DNA of 32,000 bases, taken from assembly GCF_000017945.1 (NCBI RefSeq), contig NC_009776.1, positions 480,001-512,000 of the forward strand, written 5' to 3'. A program made the position numbers and the translations under genes. The notes beneath the pieces were generated by a model that was given only the letters and a program-made list of their open reading frames with translations, was not told the origin of the DNA and did no database searches. Positions 1 through 8,857 of the stretch are shown piece by piece (positions within the stretch are counted from its first letter, which is position 1; each line of letters opens with the position of its first letter). The DNA comes from Ignicoccus hospitalis KIN4/I (lineage in GTDB: Archaea; Thermoproteota; Thermoprotei_A; Sulfolobales; Ignicoccaceae).

Positions 1-20
1 CCGCGCTGGCCGCACCGGCC

Positions 21-665
21 TTGATTCTCAATTCTAGGAGGAAGGTCCTTTGGCTGTTAGGCTTCATAATAGCGATTTCGCCCTCCCTGTACTTCTTACT
101 GACCGAGCCAAAAACCTTCTTATCGTGTACCTTGCTCTTCCACACGAACAGGAACATGGGGGACGTTAACTATTACCCCAGCTTCATGGGGAACCCCGTC
201 GACTTGTTGTGGTGGGGCAAGGTCGGCAGCGCGGCGGAGGTGGTGCTGACCCTCCTGACGTATTACTTGGTGTGGAAGCTCAGACCGTCTCCGGAGGTCG
301 CTGCGGCAACAGTACTAGTCCCCTACTTGCTCTTCAACCGCCTGGTCTCACCGCAGCACTACTTGACTTTTGCGACTTTAGTGTTGCTCTCCGGGGACAA
401 GAGGACTTACGGCCTCTTGAGCTTGTTAATATTGCTCCACGTGAACTTAGTGAGGCCCACCGCCTTCTACTTGGCCTACCACTGGCTGAGCGCTGAGGTC
501 GCCTTGAGCTACTTCTCCTACGACCCTACCGGCGTGTTGAACCTAATAGTTACCAGCGTAACCCCCTCAGTGATATGGCCGTTCCTCTTCCCCACCTTGG
601 CGGGGGTCCTAACGCTCTATTACTACAAGTCGTTGAGCCTTAGGGGTAGTAAGTGGAGGTCGTAG
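21..665 (+). CDS. Polytopic integral membrane protein, function unknown (possibly 5'-truncated by window edge)
   Basis: Very hydrophobic 214-codon ORF with several TM-like segments (VLWLLGFIIAISPSLYFLL, LLSLLILLHVNLV, VIWPFLFPTLAGVLTLYYY). The frame has no stop back to nt 3, so the TTG at 21 is only the first in-window start. It overlaps the nadK start by 13 nt. Confidence 0.5.
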   Translation: MILNSRRKVLWLLGFIIAISPSLYFLLTEPKTFLSCTLLFHTNRNMGDVNYYPSFMGNPVDLLWWGKVGSAAEVVLTLLTYYLVWKLRPSPEVAAATVLVPYLLFNRLVSPQHYLTFATLVLLSGDKRTYGLLSLLILLHVNLVRPTAFYLAYHWLSAEVALSYFSYDPTGVLNLIVTSVTPSVIWPFLFPTLAGVLTLYYYKSLSLRGSKWRS

Positions 666-1420
666 TCTCCTTCAAGCCCGACGAGAGGGCCAGGGAGTTG
701 GCGGAGAGGGTAGCGAGGGGGCTGGAGGGAGCGGGGGTCAAGGTGAGGTGGTTCCCGGAGGCAGACCCTTGTGCGGCAGACGGCTTGGTGGTGGTCGGAG
801 GCGACGGCACGCTGCTCTACACCCTCTCCAAGGCCCCTTGTGAGACTCCACCAGTGATGACCGTTAGGGCCGGGAGGAGGGCCTTCTTGCTGGACGTGGA
901 GCCAAGGGAGGTGGAGGAGGCGGTCAGAAAGTTCGTAAGGGGGGAGTACCAGCTAGAAGAACACAAGAGGCTGGAGGTCGACGGACACTTCGCGCTCAAC
1001 GAGTTCGCGGTCCTCAGCAAGTGGAGGAGGGTCACTAAGTTGAACGTCGAAGTGTCTGGATATTCTGTCTACGAGGGGCTGGAGGGAGACGGAATAATAG
1101 TTTCCACCACCTTGGGCTCCTCCGCCTACGCCCTGAGCGCGGGGGGACCCATAGTGGACCCGAGGGCGGAGGTCCTGCTGCTGGTGCCGGTCAACCCCAT
1201 CCAGCTCGACGCGAGGGCAGTAGTCCTTCCCAAGGACTCTGAAATAAAGGTGAAAATTGTTTACAACACTAAAGAAGTAGTAACGCTGTTGGACGGTATA
1301 GTCGAGTTGACGGGGGAGGAGTTCGTAATTTCGCTCACGGGGCCTAAGGTTAGGTTCGCGCGGTTTAGGAGGGAGAACTTTTATAGAAGGCTTATAGAGC
1401 TTAGGTCGTTTAAGGCCTAG
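653..1420 (+). CDS. nadK: NAD kinase
   Basis: 255 aa with the diagnostic VVVGGDGTLLYT motif, a downstream DGIIVSTTLGSSAYALSAGGPIV motif, and typical length. Confidence 0.85.
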   Translation: MEVVVSFKPDERARELAERVARGLEGAGVKVRWFPEADPCAADGLVVVGGDGTLLYTLSKAPCETPPVMTVRAGRRAFLLDVEPREVEEAVRKFVRGEYQLEEHKRLEVDGHFALNEFAVLSKWRRVTKLNVEVSGYSVYEGLEGDGIIVSTTLGSSAYALSAGGPIVDPRAEVLLLVPVNPIQLDARAVVLPKDSEIKVKIVYNTKEVVTLLDGIVELTGEEFVISLTGPKVRFARFRRENFYRRLIELRSFKA

Positions 1421-1430
1421 GCTAAGGGCT

Positions 1431-1778
1431 GTGGAAGCGTCTATAGTTTTGATAGCCCACGGCAGCAAGAACAAGAACTTCTATAGGATGGTAAACAACG
1501 TAGCAAGGATGCTAGAGGAGAAGGTCGGGAAGAAGGTCTACGTAGGCTACCTAATGGGAGAGCCCAGCGTGGAGGAGGCGGTCAAGGAGGCCCCGGGCGA
1601 CCTAGTAGTTGTGGTACCGTTCTTCATATCTGAGAGCAGCCACGTGGTGCGGGACGTCCGGGAGAGGGTTATGAAGGTCTCGAACGGGAAGAAGGTAGTC
1701 TTCGCCAAGCCTTTGGGGGACCACCCCTTAGTGGTGGAGGTGCTTTACTCCCGCTATTTAGAGGCCTTGGGAGAATGA
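1431..1778 (+). CDS. cbiX: Small CbiX-type sirohydrochlorin cobalto/ferrochelatase
   Basis: 115 aa with IVLIAHGSKN near the N-terminus and VVVVPFFISESSHVVRDV (CbiX-S pattern). GTG start 10 nt after the nadK stop. Confidence 0.75.
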   Translation: MEASIVLIAHGSKNKNFYRMVNNVARMLEEKVGKKVYVGYLMGEPSVEEAVKEAPGDLVVVVPFFISESSHVVRDVRERVMKVSNGKKVVFAKPLGDHPLVVEVLYSRYLEALGE

Positions 1779-2167
1779 TATACTCGTTCACGGCCAAGTT
1801 CCACGCGAACGTTCAAGCCCTCCACAAGGGCACGATAGAGGTCACTTGCGAGGAGCGCTTAACTCCCAGAGGGGACTGCGTGGTGCTCACCTCCTCCACC
1901 CACGACCCCTCGGAGCTGGCCCGGTCTTGTCCGGAGGGGAGGAGGGCGGCGTTCGTGGTGCTCACCCGCTTTGGCGGCTTCTGGGTGGAGGGGACTTGCG
2001 CGCCCGCCCAAGTGGGTTGTTCTTTCGTAATCAGGAAGAGCGAGACCAAGGCTCCTAGGACGTTGATGGTTAGGGCGGACAAGGGCGCAAGGGACTTGCC
2101 TAGGGACGTGATAAAGAGGGCTTCCCTCTGGGGGGCCAGGGCCTTGGCGTTATTGGTGGTATACTAG
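1775..2167 (+). CDS. DUF371-family protein (unknown function)
   Basis: 130 aa. FTAKFHANVQALHKGTIEVT...LTPRGDCVV resembles the archaeal DUF371 family from memory. ATGA overlap with the cbiX stop. Confidence 0.55.
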   Translation: MIYSFTAKFHANVQALHKGTIEVTCEERLTPRGDCVVLTSSTHDPSELARSCPEGRRAAFVVLTRFGGFWVEGTCAPAQVGCSFVIRKSETKAPRTLMVRADKGARDLPRDVIKRASLWGARALALLVVY

Positions 2168-3844
2168 GGAGGCGTGGAACAGAAGGGAGGCCAGAGCTAC
2201 CCCGAGCGTGAGGGCCACCACTACCACCCCTACCTTGAACCAGTCCCAGAACTTCACCGTCCTCCCGTGCCTCTCGAGTATGCCTAGGGCCACTATGTTG
2301 GCGGTACTCCCTATCAAAGTCATGTTGCCTCCCATGGTAGAGCCGTAGAGCAGCGCCCACCAGAGCACCTCGCCTCCTGGGAGGCCCACCTCTATCAAGG
2401 TCTTTACCACGGGGCTTAACGCAACTACCACCGGCATGTTGTCCAAGAAGGCAGACACCACCGCCGAAACGACCGCTATGGTTATGGCTAAGGTAACTGT
2501 GGACTCGAAGGTAAGCCCTCCCACCATCTGCACCAATGAGTAGGCCATCTTGTCGGTGACGCCCGTGTAGCTGAGCGCCGAAGCTATGGCGAACAAGAAC
2601 ATGAAGAAGAGTAAGGTCCACCACTCCACGCCCTTCTCTACCAACCTCCTCGGCTCCTCGTGGGTGAACATCAAGATCGCCGCCACCACGACCGGGCTGA
2701 AGACGAGCAAGGCGTCCGGGGGCACCTCCGCGTGGATGCTGACCTCCGACCCGACGCTCATGGCTGCGTACAAGTAAGCTAAGAACTGGTTCAAGGCCCC
2801 CGACAAGGGGGTGTGGAAGGCGATTAGGAGGAGCACGGCTATGAAGAAGGCCCAACCCCTCTTGAACCTCTTGAGCGCGGCCTCCACTTCTTCCGCCTCC
2901 TTACCCGTCAGCTTGCCGGACTTGTAGGCCTCGTAGAGCTCTGAGCTTATGCCCAAGGCGCTCCACTCATCCAAGCTTATCATGGACCCTTTCTCCCTCA
3001 GCTTCTTGAAGAGACCAGTCTTGGAGAGCCAGACTAAGGCTATTGGAAGGAGCGTGAGCAACGCTAAGAGGCTCCCGGGGGTGGCCCACTCCAAGAAGTC
3101 CTCGAAGCTCTTGCCGGACTGGAGGGCTATGTAAATGCCTATGGGGTTCCCTATCATGGTGGCCGAAGAGCCTATGTTGGTTGCCATAACCGAGTATATC
3201 ACGAGTGGGATGGGGTTCAGCTCGAGCATGGAGGCTATGGATATAACTACCCTAGTTACGAACACTATGCTCGTCACTTCGTCCACTAAGGCCGCCATTA
3301 TCCAGCTCAAGAACCCGAGTATCGCCACGAAGCGGAGCGGTTGGAACTTGCTGGCCTTCACCAGCTTGACGGTTATCCACCCCAAGACCCCGCTCTCGTT
3401 TAAGTACTCTACTATGATCATCATTGATATCAAGAACAGTATCAATCCCAGCTCCATGTGTTCCAGTATCATCTCGAAGGGGGCGGTCCCCAGGAACAAC
3501 AAGAGCGCGACTCCGATCATCACGAAGCTGAGCCTCTTGTTCCAGAACATCAGCGTCCCGAGTATCGCGGCTACGAATGACGCCGTGGCCAGCGCCTCGC
3601 TGAAGGCAACCACGGTGGAGTTTAGGTCGACCTCACACTCCTCTAAGGCTTTGTGATAGTCGAACCCGTGCTCCCTTATTACGTTTATCCACTCGCAATG
3701 TTTCATCTTAAAGTTTACGAGTATTTTCTCGACGACGTCCTTCAGAGGGCCCTCGGGTTCTACCTTCAGCGTGCTGAAGGCGACGAAGGATATTACGAAG
3801 GTTGCCGTTACGGCTACTATCAAGATCAATAAGTTTCTGTTCAA
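2150..3844 (-). CDS. ArsB/NhaD-superfamily (CitMHS-like) anion/cation permease
   Basis: 564 aa with more than 10 TM segments in two hydrophobic halves, separated by a charged cytoplasmic loop (LREKGSMISLDEW...KEAEEVEAALKRFKRG). A TTTAATA-like box lies about 35 nt upstream. Confidence 0.65.
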   Translation of the reverse strand: MNRNLLILIVAVTATFVISFVAFSTLKVEPEGPLKDVVEKILVNFKMKHCEWINVIREHGFDYHKALEECEVDLNSTVVAFSEALATASFVAAILGTLMFWNKRLSFVMIGVALLLFLGTAPFEMILEHMELGLILFLISMMIIVEYLNESGVLGWITVKLVKASKFQPLRFVAILGFLSWIMAALVDEVTSIVFVTRVVISIASMLELNPIPLVIYSVMATNIGSSATMIGNPIGIYIALQSGKSFEDFLEWATPGSLLALLTLLPIALVWLSKTGLFKKLREKGSMISLDEWSALGISSELYEAYKSGKLTGKEAEEVEAALKRFKRGWAFFIAVLLLIAFHTPLSGALNQFLAYLYAAMSVGSEVSIHAEVPPDALLVFSPVVVAAILMFTHEEPRRLVEKGVEWWTLLFFMFLFAIASALSYTGVTDKMAYSLVQMVGGLTFESTVTLAITIAVVSAVVSAFLDNMPVVVALSPVVKTLIEVGLPGGEVLWWALLYGSTMGGNMTLIGSTANIVALGILERHGRTVKFWDWFKVGVVVVALTLGVALASLLFHASLVYHQ

Positions 3845-3957
3845 CTAGTACCCCGTAGGTCGCGTAAGGGGGCTCGTATTAAAGGGGCTTTTCGAGGAGC
3901 TCGGCTACCCCGGAGCGCTTGCCCTCACCCCTTCGGCGAGCACGACTCACCTCATCG

Positions 3958-4776
3958 CTAGGGCAAGTACGCGGGGGAGTTAACTACCTCCGCCACCACC
4001 GGGCGGCCGTGCTTGGAGAGGGCCTCGTAGACGTCCTCGACCTTGTCCCGGTCGGCAAGAGCCACGTAGGAGGGCCCGTTGCCGCTGACGGAGGCCGCGA
4101 GGGCGCCGGCCCTCAAGGCGTCCAGCACCGGCCCTTGAGGGTAGCCCAGAGCGCCGGCCACCAAGAAGCCGTTTAAAGTCATCGCGCCGTACAAATCACC
4201 TGCCTTCAACATCTCATAAACCTTCAAGAACTCCCTCTTGAGCAGCCTTAGCCTCTCGGCTACCTCCCCGTAGCTCAACCCCCTCCCTCCCCTTGGTAGT
4301 ACTATCGCCCTCAAGCCCTCGAGAGGTCTCCTCTCCTCCACGACCATTTCCTTGTTGTCGGTAATTACCAACCCCCCTAACATGCTAGCCGCCGCGTCGT
4401 CGAAGGCCCCGGTAACGGTGACGCCGGCCCTCTTAGCCGCCTCGACGGAGAGCTTGAGGGCGTAGTAGGGAGAGGGCCTCATGCCGCAACGCTCGAAGAG
4501 GGCTAGCGTTGCGGCGTTGGCGACCGCTGAGGAAGACTTAAGGCCTCCCGCAGGGGGGACCTCGCTTTTAACCACGAAGGTTACCTCCCCGGGGTCACAG
4601 ACTTGCTCTTTGAATACTTCGTAAACACTCCTTAACAGCTTGTTATCAATTCTCTTCCCTTCAACTACCTTAACCTCCACTTTCAGCGATATCGCGAAGG
4701 CAGCTCCTTTCCACGAGGCCACGGCGTTAAGCGCGCTCCCGCCGGCGTAGGCGAACGGCAACTCGCTCTCCAGCAC
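3958..4776 (-). CDS. aroK: Archaeal GHMP-type shikimate kinase
   Basis: 272 aa with the GHMP phosphate-binding motif PPAGGLKSSSAVANA. Size and layout match archaeal shikimate kinases. GTG start. Confidence 0.75.
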   Translation of the reverse strand: MLESELPFAYAGGSALNAVASWKGAAFAISLKVEVKVVEGKRIDNKLLRSVYEVFKEQVCDPGEVTFVVKSEVPPAGGLKSSSAVANAATLALFERCGMRPSPYYALKLSVEAAKRAGVTVTGAFDDAAASMLGGLVITDNKEMVVEERRPLEGLRAIVLPRGGRGLSYGEVAERLRLLKREFLKVYEMLKAGDLYGAMTLNGFLVAGALGYPQGPVLDALRAGALAASVSGNGPSYVALADRDKVEDVYEALSKHGRPVVAEVVNSPAYLP

Positions 4777-4799
4777 ATATAAAACGTTCAGTTAAATAG
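4777..4799. promoter_or_regulatory. Divergent promoter region (ATATAAAA and TTAAATAG TATA-like boxes) between aroK and the beta-propeller gene
   Basis: The 55-nt spacer contains ATATAAAA (4777-4784) and TTAAATAG (4792-4799). The latter lies 33-40 nt upstream of the ATG at 4832, and the same octamer precedes tRNA-Arg and the RNase P RNA. Confidence 0.4.
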
Positions 4800-4831
4800 C
4801 TAGGTCCCGGCGCTTTTGGCGGGACTTCGGA

Positions 4832-6262
4832 ATGTCGCTCAGCTTGAACGAGCTGTGGAACGTCGACTTGCGGAAGAGGGTCAACTCGCTCTCGGTCTCC
4901 GAGGACGGCAAGGTGCTGGCGGCGTGTGACGACGGCTGCGCCTACCTGATAGAGAACGGAAGAGTACTCAAGAAGGAGTGCGAGAGGGGCTCCTCCGCTG
5001 CGACCCACTACAAGGACGGCTTATTTGCGGTCGCCTACAAGAACGGCGTCCTCAAGATATTGACCCCCGATGGGAGTATAAAGGCCGAGATAAAGGTGGG
5101 AAGGTACAACGAGGCAATAGCCATAATAAACGACAAAAGCGTGGTGGCTTGTTCCGACGCGTGCGTGAAGTTCAATTTCGACGGAGAGAGGGGGTGGCAC
5201 TACGACATAGGGGGCGTAGGTAAGAACGTCGACGTGGAGAACAACACGATCTACGTCCCCGACCACATATGGAGAAAGGTGCACGAAGTAGACGCGATAA
5301 GCGGGAAGGGGGAGGAGTTCTGCTCGTGCAAGGAGAAGGTCTACAGCGTGGACCGAGAGGGCGACCTCACGGCCGTCGGGACCACGAAGTCGTTGATAGT
5401 GTTTAGGGGTAGAGAAAAGGTGTGGGAAAGGGAAGTTGGGACGCACGTAACGCTAGTGAGGGTAGTAGGTGACATTATATTTGCTTCAAATATGGGCTCC
5501 CAGAGCCTAAGGGCTTACGACATAAACGGCGCCGAGGCGTTGAACATAGAGCTCGAGGGGAGGCCAACGGCGCTGGACGCCAGGGGCAAGTACTTGGCCG
5601 TGGGCTTCTTCGACGGGAAGGTGAAGGTCTACCAGCTCCCCACGGAAACCGAAGAGGAAAGGGCGGAAGAGGCAGAGGTAAAAGAGGTAGAGGAAGCGAA
5701 GGAAGAGGTCAAGGAGACCCTCCCGGGGCTGGGTGAGATCAAAAGCGTAGCGGAGGGCTCTTACATGGGTACTCCCTTAGCGAAGGAGATACTTGAAGAA
5801 ATAGAGAACATCACGGAGACCATGGAAGGAGCCAAGAACGCGGGCGACCTCATAGCTTCCGTAATAGCGAGGGTTGAGAAACTAACATCCGTCGCCTCCT
5901 CGGACTGGAAGCAAGTCTACGCGAACTACGAAGAGGCGGAGAGGTTGTTGGAAGATACCTTAAACGTGATAAACGAGGTAAAGGAGAGGATCGGAGAGGT
6001 TGAGAGCTGTCCCCCGCCGGAAAAGCTAATAGAAATACTGAAGATGAAGAGTCCAAAGGAGTTCACCGCCGCGCTGGCCGAGCTAGCGGAGGGCGGGGAG
6101 GTGGCGGAGAGGGTCAAGAAGGGCGTACAGCTGTTGAAGAGGTGCTTAGAGAGGTACTACTTGTTGCCGAGCTCGGAGGAGGTGCAGAAGCTCGAGGCGA
6201 AGTTGAAGGAAGTGAAAGAAGAAAAAGAAGCGATAAAAGCGTTGATTGAGAGCGGCCTCTAG
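4832..6262 (+). CDS. Beta-propeller (WD40/PQQ-like) protein with acidic linker and alpha-helical C-terminal half
   Basis: 476 aa. Residues ~1-270 show repeated blade-like units (DGKVLAACDDGCAYL, DGLFAVAYKNGVLKIL, GKYLAVGFFDGKVKVYQL). These are followed by an E/K-rich tract (TETEEERAEEAEVKEVEEAKEEVKE) and a helical region. Confidence 0.7.
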   Translation: MSLSLNELWNVDLRKRVNSLSVSEDGKVLAACDDGCAYLIENGRVLKKECERGSSAATHYKDGLFAVAYKNGVLKILTPDGSIKAEIKVGRYNEAIAIINDKSVVACSDACVKFNFDGERGWHYDIGGVGKNVDVENNTIYVPDHIWRKVHEVDAISGKGEEFCSCKEKVYSVDREGDLTAVGTTKSLIVFRGREKVWEREVGTHVTLVRVVGDIIFASNMGSQSLRAYDINGAEALNIELEGRPTALDARGKYLAVGFFDGKVKVYQLPTETEEERAEEAEVKEVEEAKEEVKETLPGLGEIKSVAEGSYMGTPLAKEILEEIENITETMEGAKNAGDLIASVIARVEKLTSVASSDWKQVYANYEEAERLLEDTLNVINEVKERIGEVESCPPPEKLIEILKMKSPKEFTAALAELAEGGEVAERVKKGVQLLKRCLERYYLLPSSEEVQKLEAKLKEVKEEKEAIKALIESGL

Positions 6263-7881
6263 CGGTCCATCTCCGCGACACACGTGTCGAGAGATATGTA
6301 GAACGCTAGGAAGTCTTGTAAGAGAAGTCCCTTCCCTAGGTACTTCAAGCTCATCGTGTGTACGAAGACCGGGGACCTCATGTGTACCCTCCACGGCCTG
6401 GTCCTCCACTTGGGGTCGGAGGGGTTGGCCACCAACAAGATCCCGTTCTCTCCCCTGGGGCTGTCGTGGTAGCCGTAAGCTATTCCGGGCTTGCGCGGGA
6501 ACGGCGGGACCCTCTTCAAGTGCGTGCCGAGCTCGTTCTGCCCCCTCTCAGTCAGCTCCCTTAGGACTTGCCTAATTATCTTCAAGCTCTGGCGTATCTC
6601 CTCGAACCTGACCAGCATTCTGTCCAAGTTGTCCCCTACGCTCCCGACCGCCCCCTCGAAGTCTATCCCGTCGTCGTAGCCTCCGTAGGGCTTGTTTATC
6701 CTCAAGTCCCAAGCTACCCCGGAGGCCCTTAGGTTAGGCCCGCTCCAGCCGTACTTTATGGCGTCCTCGGCGCTCACTTGCGCTACCCCCTCGGCCCTCA
6801 TGGCTACCGTGGGGTTGTCTAAGGTTGTTTCAATTAACTTCTCGAAATGCTTGTGGAACCTGGCAACGACCTTCTCGTACACGTCCTTAAACCCTTGGGG
6901 GAGGTCAAAGGCGACCCCGCCGGGCCTCAAGTAGTTGAAGGTCATCCTCTGGCCAGTCAACATTTCTAGCAAGTTGATGAAGACTTCCCTGTCCCTAACG
7001 GTCCAAGCGAAAGCAGTTAGGTGGTTCACGTTCTCGGCGAAGGAACCTATGTAGAGCAAGTGGGACTGTATCCTGCTCAGCTCGGCCGCCAGAATCCTCA
7101 ACAGCTGTGCCCTCCTATCGACCTTAACGTCCATTATCTCTTCCAAGGCCATTACGTAGGGCCACTCCCAGCCTATGCCGTCTATGTAGCATTGCCTGTC
7201 CAACAGCGGTATTACCTTTAAGTACTCCTTCTGCTCGTAGATCCACTCCACGCCCCTGTGGACGTAGCCCAAGCGAGGTATGACGTCCTCTACTATCTCT
7301 CCCTTCAAGCCTAACAAGAAGCCCACGGGCCCGTGGGTGGCCGGGTGCTGGGGGCCCACGTAGACGTACGTTAGGTCCTCCCTCAGCCCCTCCCTCTCTT
7401 GGTCAGTGCCCTCTATCTCGGCCCAGTTGACCTTCGGCAAGTCCTTGTAGCCCCCGGAGTCCTTCAGCAACGGGAAGCGGTCCTTCGGGAAGAGCCTCGG
7501 GTCCTCGCTGAGCAACAGCTTCCTTATCCTTCCCCACCTCTCGTAGTCGGGGTGGCCGGTGAAGTTTATCCCGAACATCTCGTACGTCTCGTTCTCGTGC
7601 CACTCCACGCCAGGGTACAAGGAGCTCAGGCTGGGCAGCTCCCTGTTCTCCCTGTCCACCTTTGTGCTGAGGACTACCGAGCTGGCGTCCCTTATTCTGT
7701 GAACTAAGAAGAACACTTGCACCTTCTTCTCGGCGGGCCAGTCCACGGCCGTTAACATAGAGGGGAACAAGTAGCCTTGGTCCTTCAGCCTCGCCGCGTT
7801 CTCGTACCAGTACTGGGGCTCTACCTCGACGTATAGGGCGTTGCTCCACTCCTTCCTCTCGACCTCACCCACGAAGTTCAT
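6259..7881 (-). CDS. nuoCD: NADH:quinone oxidoreductase (complex I-like) fused subunits C and D
   Basis: 540 aa. The N-terminal ~150 aa are NuoC-like (YPGVEWHENETYEMFGI). The remainder is NuoD-like (VGPQHPATHGPVGF, GYVHRGVEW, C-terminal DTCVAEMDR) and lacks the paired NiFe CxxC motifs. Confidence 0.9.
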   Translation of the reverse strand: MNFVGEVERKEWSNALYVEVEPQYWYENAARLKDQGYLFPSMLTAVDWPAEKKVQVFFLVHRIRDASSVVLSTKVDRENRELPSLSSLYPGVEWHENETYEMFGINFTGHPDYERWGRIRKLLLSEDPRLFPKDRFPLLKDSGGYKDLPKVNWAEIEGTDQEREGLREDLTYVYVGPQHPATHGPVGFLLGLKGEIVEDVIPRLGYVHRGVEWIYEQKEYLKVIPLLDRQCYIDGIGWEWPYVMALEEIMDVKVDRRAQLLRILAAELSRIQSHLLYIGSFAENVNHLTAFAWTVRDREVFINLLEMLTGQRMTFNYLRPGGVAFDLPQGFKDVYEKVVARFHKHFEKLIETTLDNPTVAMRAEGVAQVSAEDAIKYGWSGPNLRASGVAWDLRINKPYGGYDDGIDFEGAVGSVGDNLDRMLVRFEEIRQSLKIIRQVLRELTERGQNELGTHLKRVPPFPRKPGIAYGYHDSPRGENGILLVANPSDPKWRTRPWRVHMRSPVFVHTMSLKYLGKGLLLQDFLAFYISLDTCVAEMDR

Positions 7882-8492
7882 CTCTTCTCACCCGCCTTTC
7901 TGTTGTTGTAGGCATAACGGAGCATGGGGTCCACGACCTTCTTGTCCGAGCCCTCCTCGTCGTGTAGGCGATAACGCGTGAGGGGCGCCCTCGCGAGGTC
8001 CCCTTCGTTTATCAACTCCTCCATCTTCAGTATCGCCCTCAACAACCCCTCCGGCCTGGGCGGGCAGCCGGCCAAGTTGACCACGTGGACGTCCTTCCGG
8101 TACTCCTCCGGCAAGCTCTCTATTACCTCGTGAATGCCGTCCAAGACGTAGTCGCTCTGCCACCACGGGCCGCCGTTGATGGCGCACTCCCCCATAACTA
8201 TGACGAAGCGCGGGCCCGGGGTTTGCATGAAGAGCCTTCGGAGCCTCTCGGCGAGTTTTCTGTTCACCGGGCCGTTGATCAGTATCACGTCCACTTGCCT
8301 CGGGGTCGCCCTAGCGAGCACGCCGAGCCTCTCGAAGTCGTGGAAGGCGAAGGCCGCTTGCATCATCTCTATTGCACAACACATTATGCCTAGGTGCAGC
8401 AACCACAAGCTGTTCCTGCGGCTCCACTTGAGCGCCTCCTTCACGGGGGCGCTCTTCTTTATCAATTCGCGAGAGACCTTCTTGAACCTCAT
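7878..8492 (-). CDS. nuoB: NADH:quinone oxidoreductase subunit B
   Basis: Carries the N2 cluster ligands: GIMCCAIEM, MGECAINGG, AGCPPRPE. I prefer the ATG at 8492 (GAGGTG SD 6 nt upstream, ATGA overlap with the nuoA stop) over the GTG at 8501 listed in the ORF track. Confidence 0.9.
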   Translation of the reverse strand: MRFKKVSRELIKKSAPVKEALKWSRRNSLWLLHLGIMCCAIEMMQAAFAFHDFERLGVLARATPRQVDVILINGPVNRKLAERLRRLFMQTPGPRFVIVMGECAINGGPWWQSDYVLDGIHEVIESLPEEYRKDVHVVNLAGCPPRPEGLLRAILKMEELINEGDLARAPLTRYRLHDEEGSDKKVVDPMLRYAYNNRKAGEKR

Positions 8493-8857
8493 CGCGTCCA
8501 CCTCATTATCCCTATTTTCCTTAACCAGACCAGCCCAACAACCAAGCTGAAGTACAACAATCCTATGCCTATCAACGTGTTGGGCTTGGGACTCCCGGAG
8601 GCGGCGAGGGCGAGTATGCTAGCTACCTCAGCCACGAAGAAGGCCACCAAGTAGGGGTAGAAGTTGACGGTGTAGTTGACGCTCTGGGGGTCGCCTATGG
8701 TGAGTTCTCCGCACTCGTAGCTCTCGAACTTGTCGGGGTGAGGGGGAGTCTTGTCCTCCAGAAGCTTGTTTATGAGAAGCGAGGCGCCCTCTACGAGGCC
8801 GCCGACGACCATGGCGACAGCCACTACGGTGAAGGCGACGGCGCCGGGCTCGATCAT
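8489..8857 (-). CDS. nuoA: NADH:quinone oxidoreductase subunit A
   Basis: 122 aa with 3 TM segments and the conserved FESYECG motif. ATGA overlap with the nuoM stop. Confidence 0.8.
   Translation of the reverse strand: MIEPGAVAFTVVAVAMVVGGLVEGASLLINKLLEDKTPPHPDKFESYECGELTIGDPQSVNYTVNFYPYLVAFFVAEVASILALAASGSPKPNTLIGIGLLYFSLVVGLVWLRKIGIMRWTR

Noticed and set aside
2100-2855. 251-aa minus-strand ORF overlapping the permease gene in another frame
   Set aside because: R/G/P/H-rich low-complexity translation lying entirely inside a well-supported membrane-protein gene. This is the typical alternative-frame artefact of GC-rich DNA.
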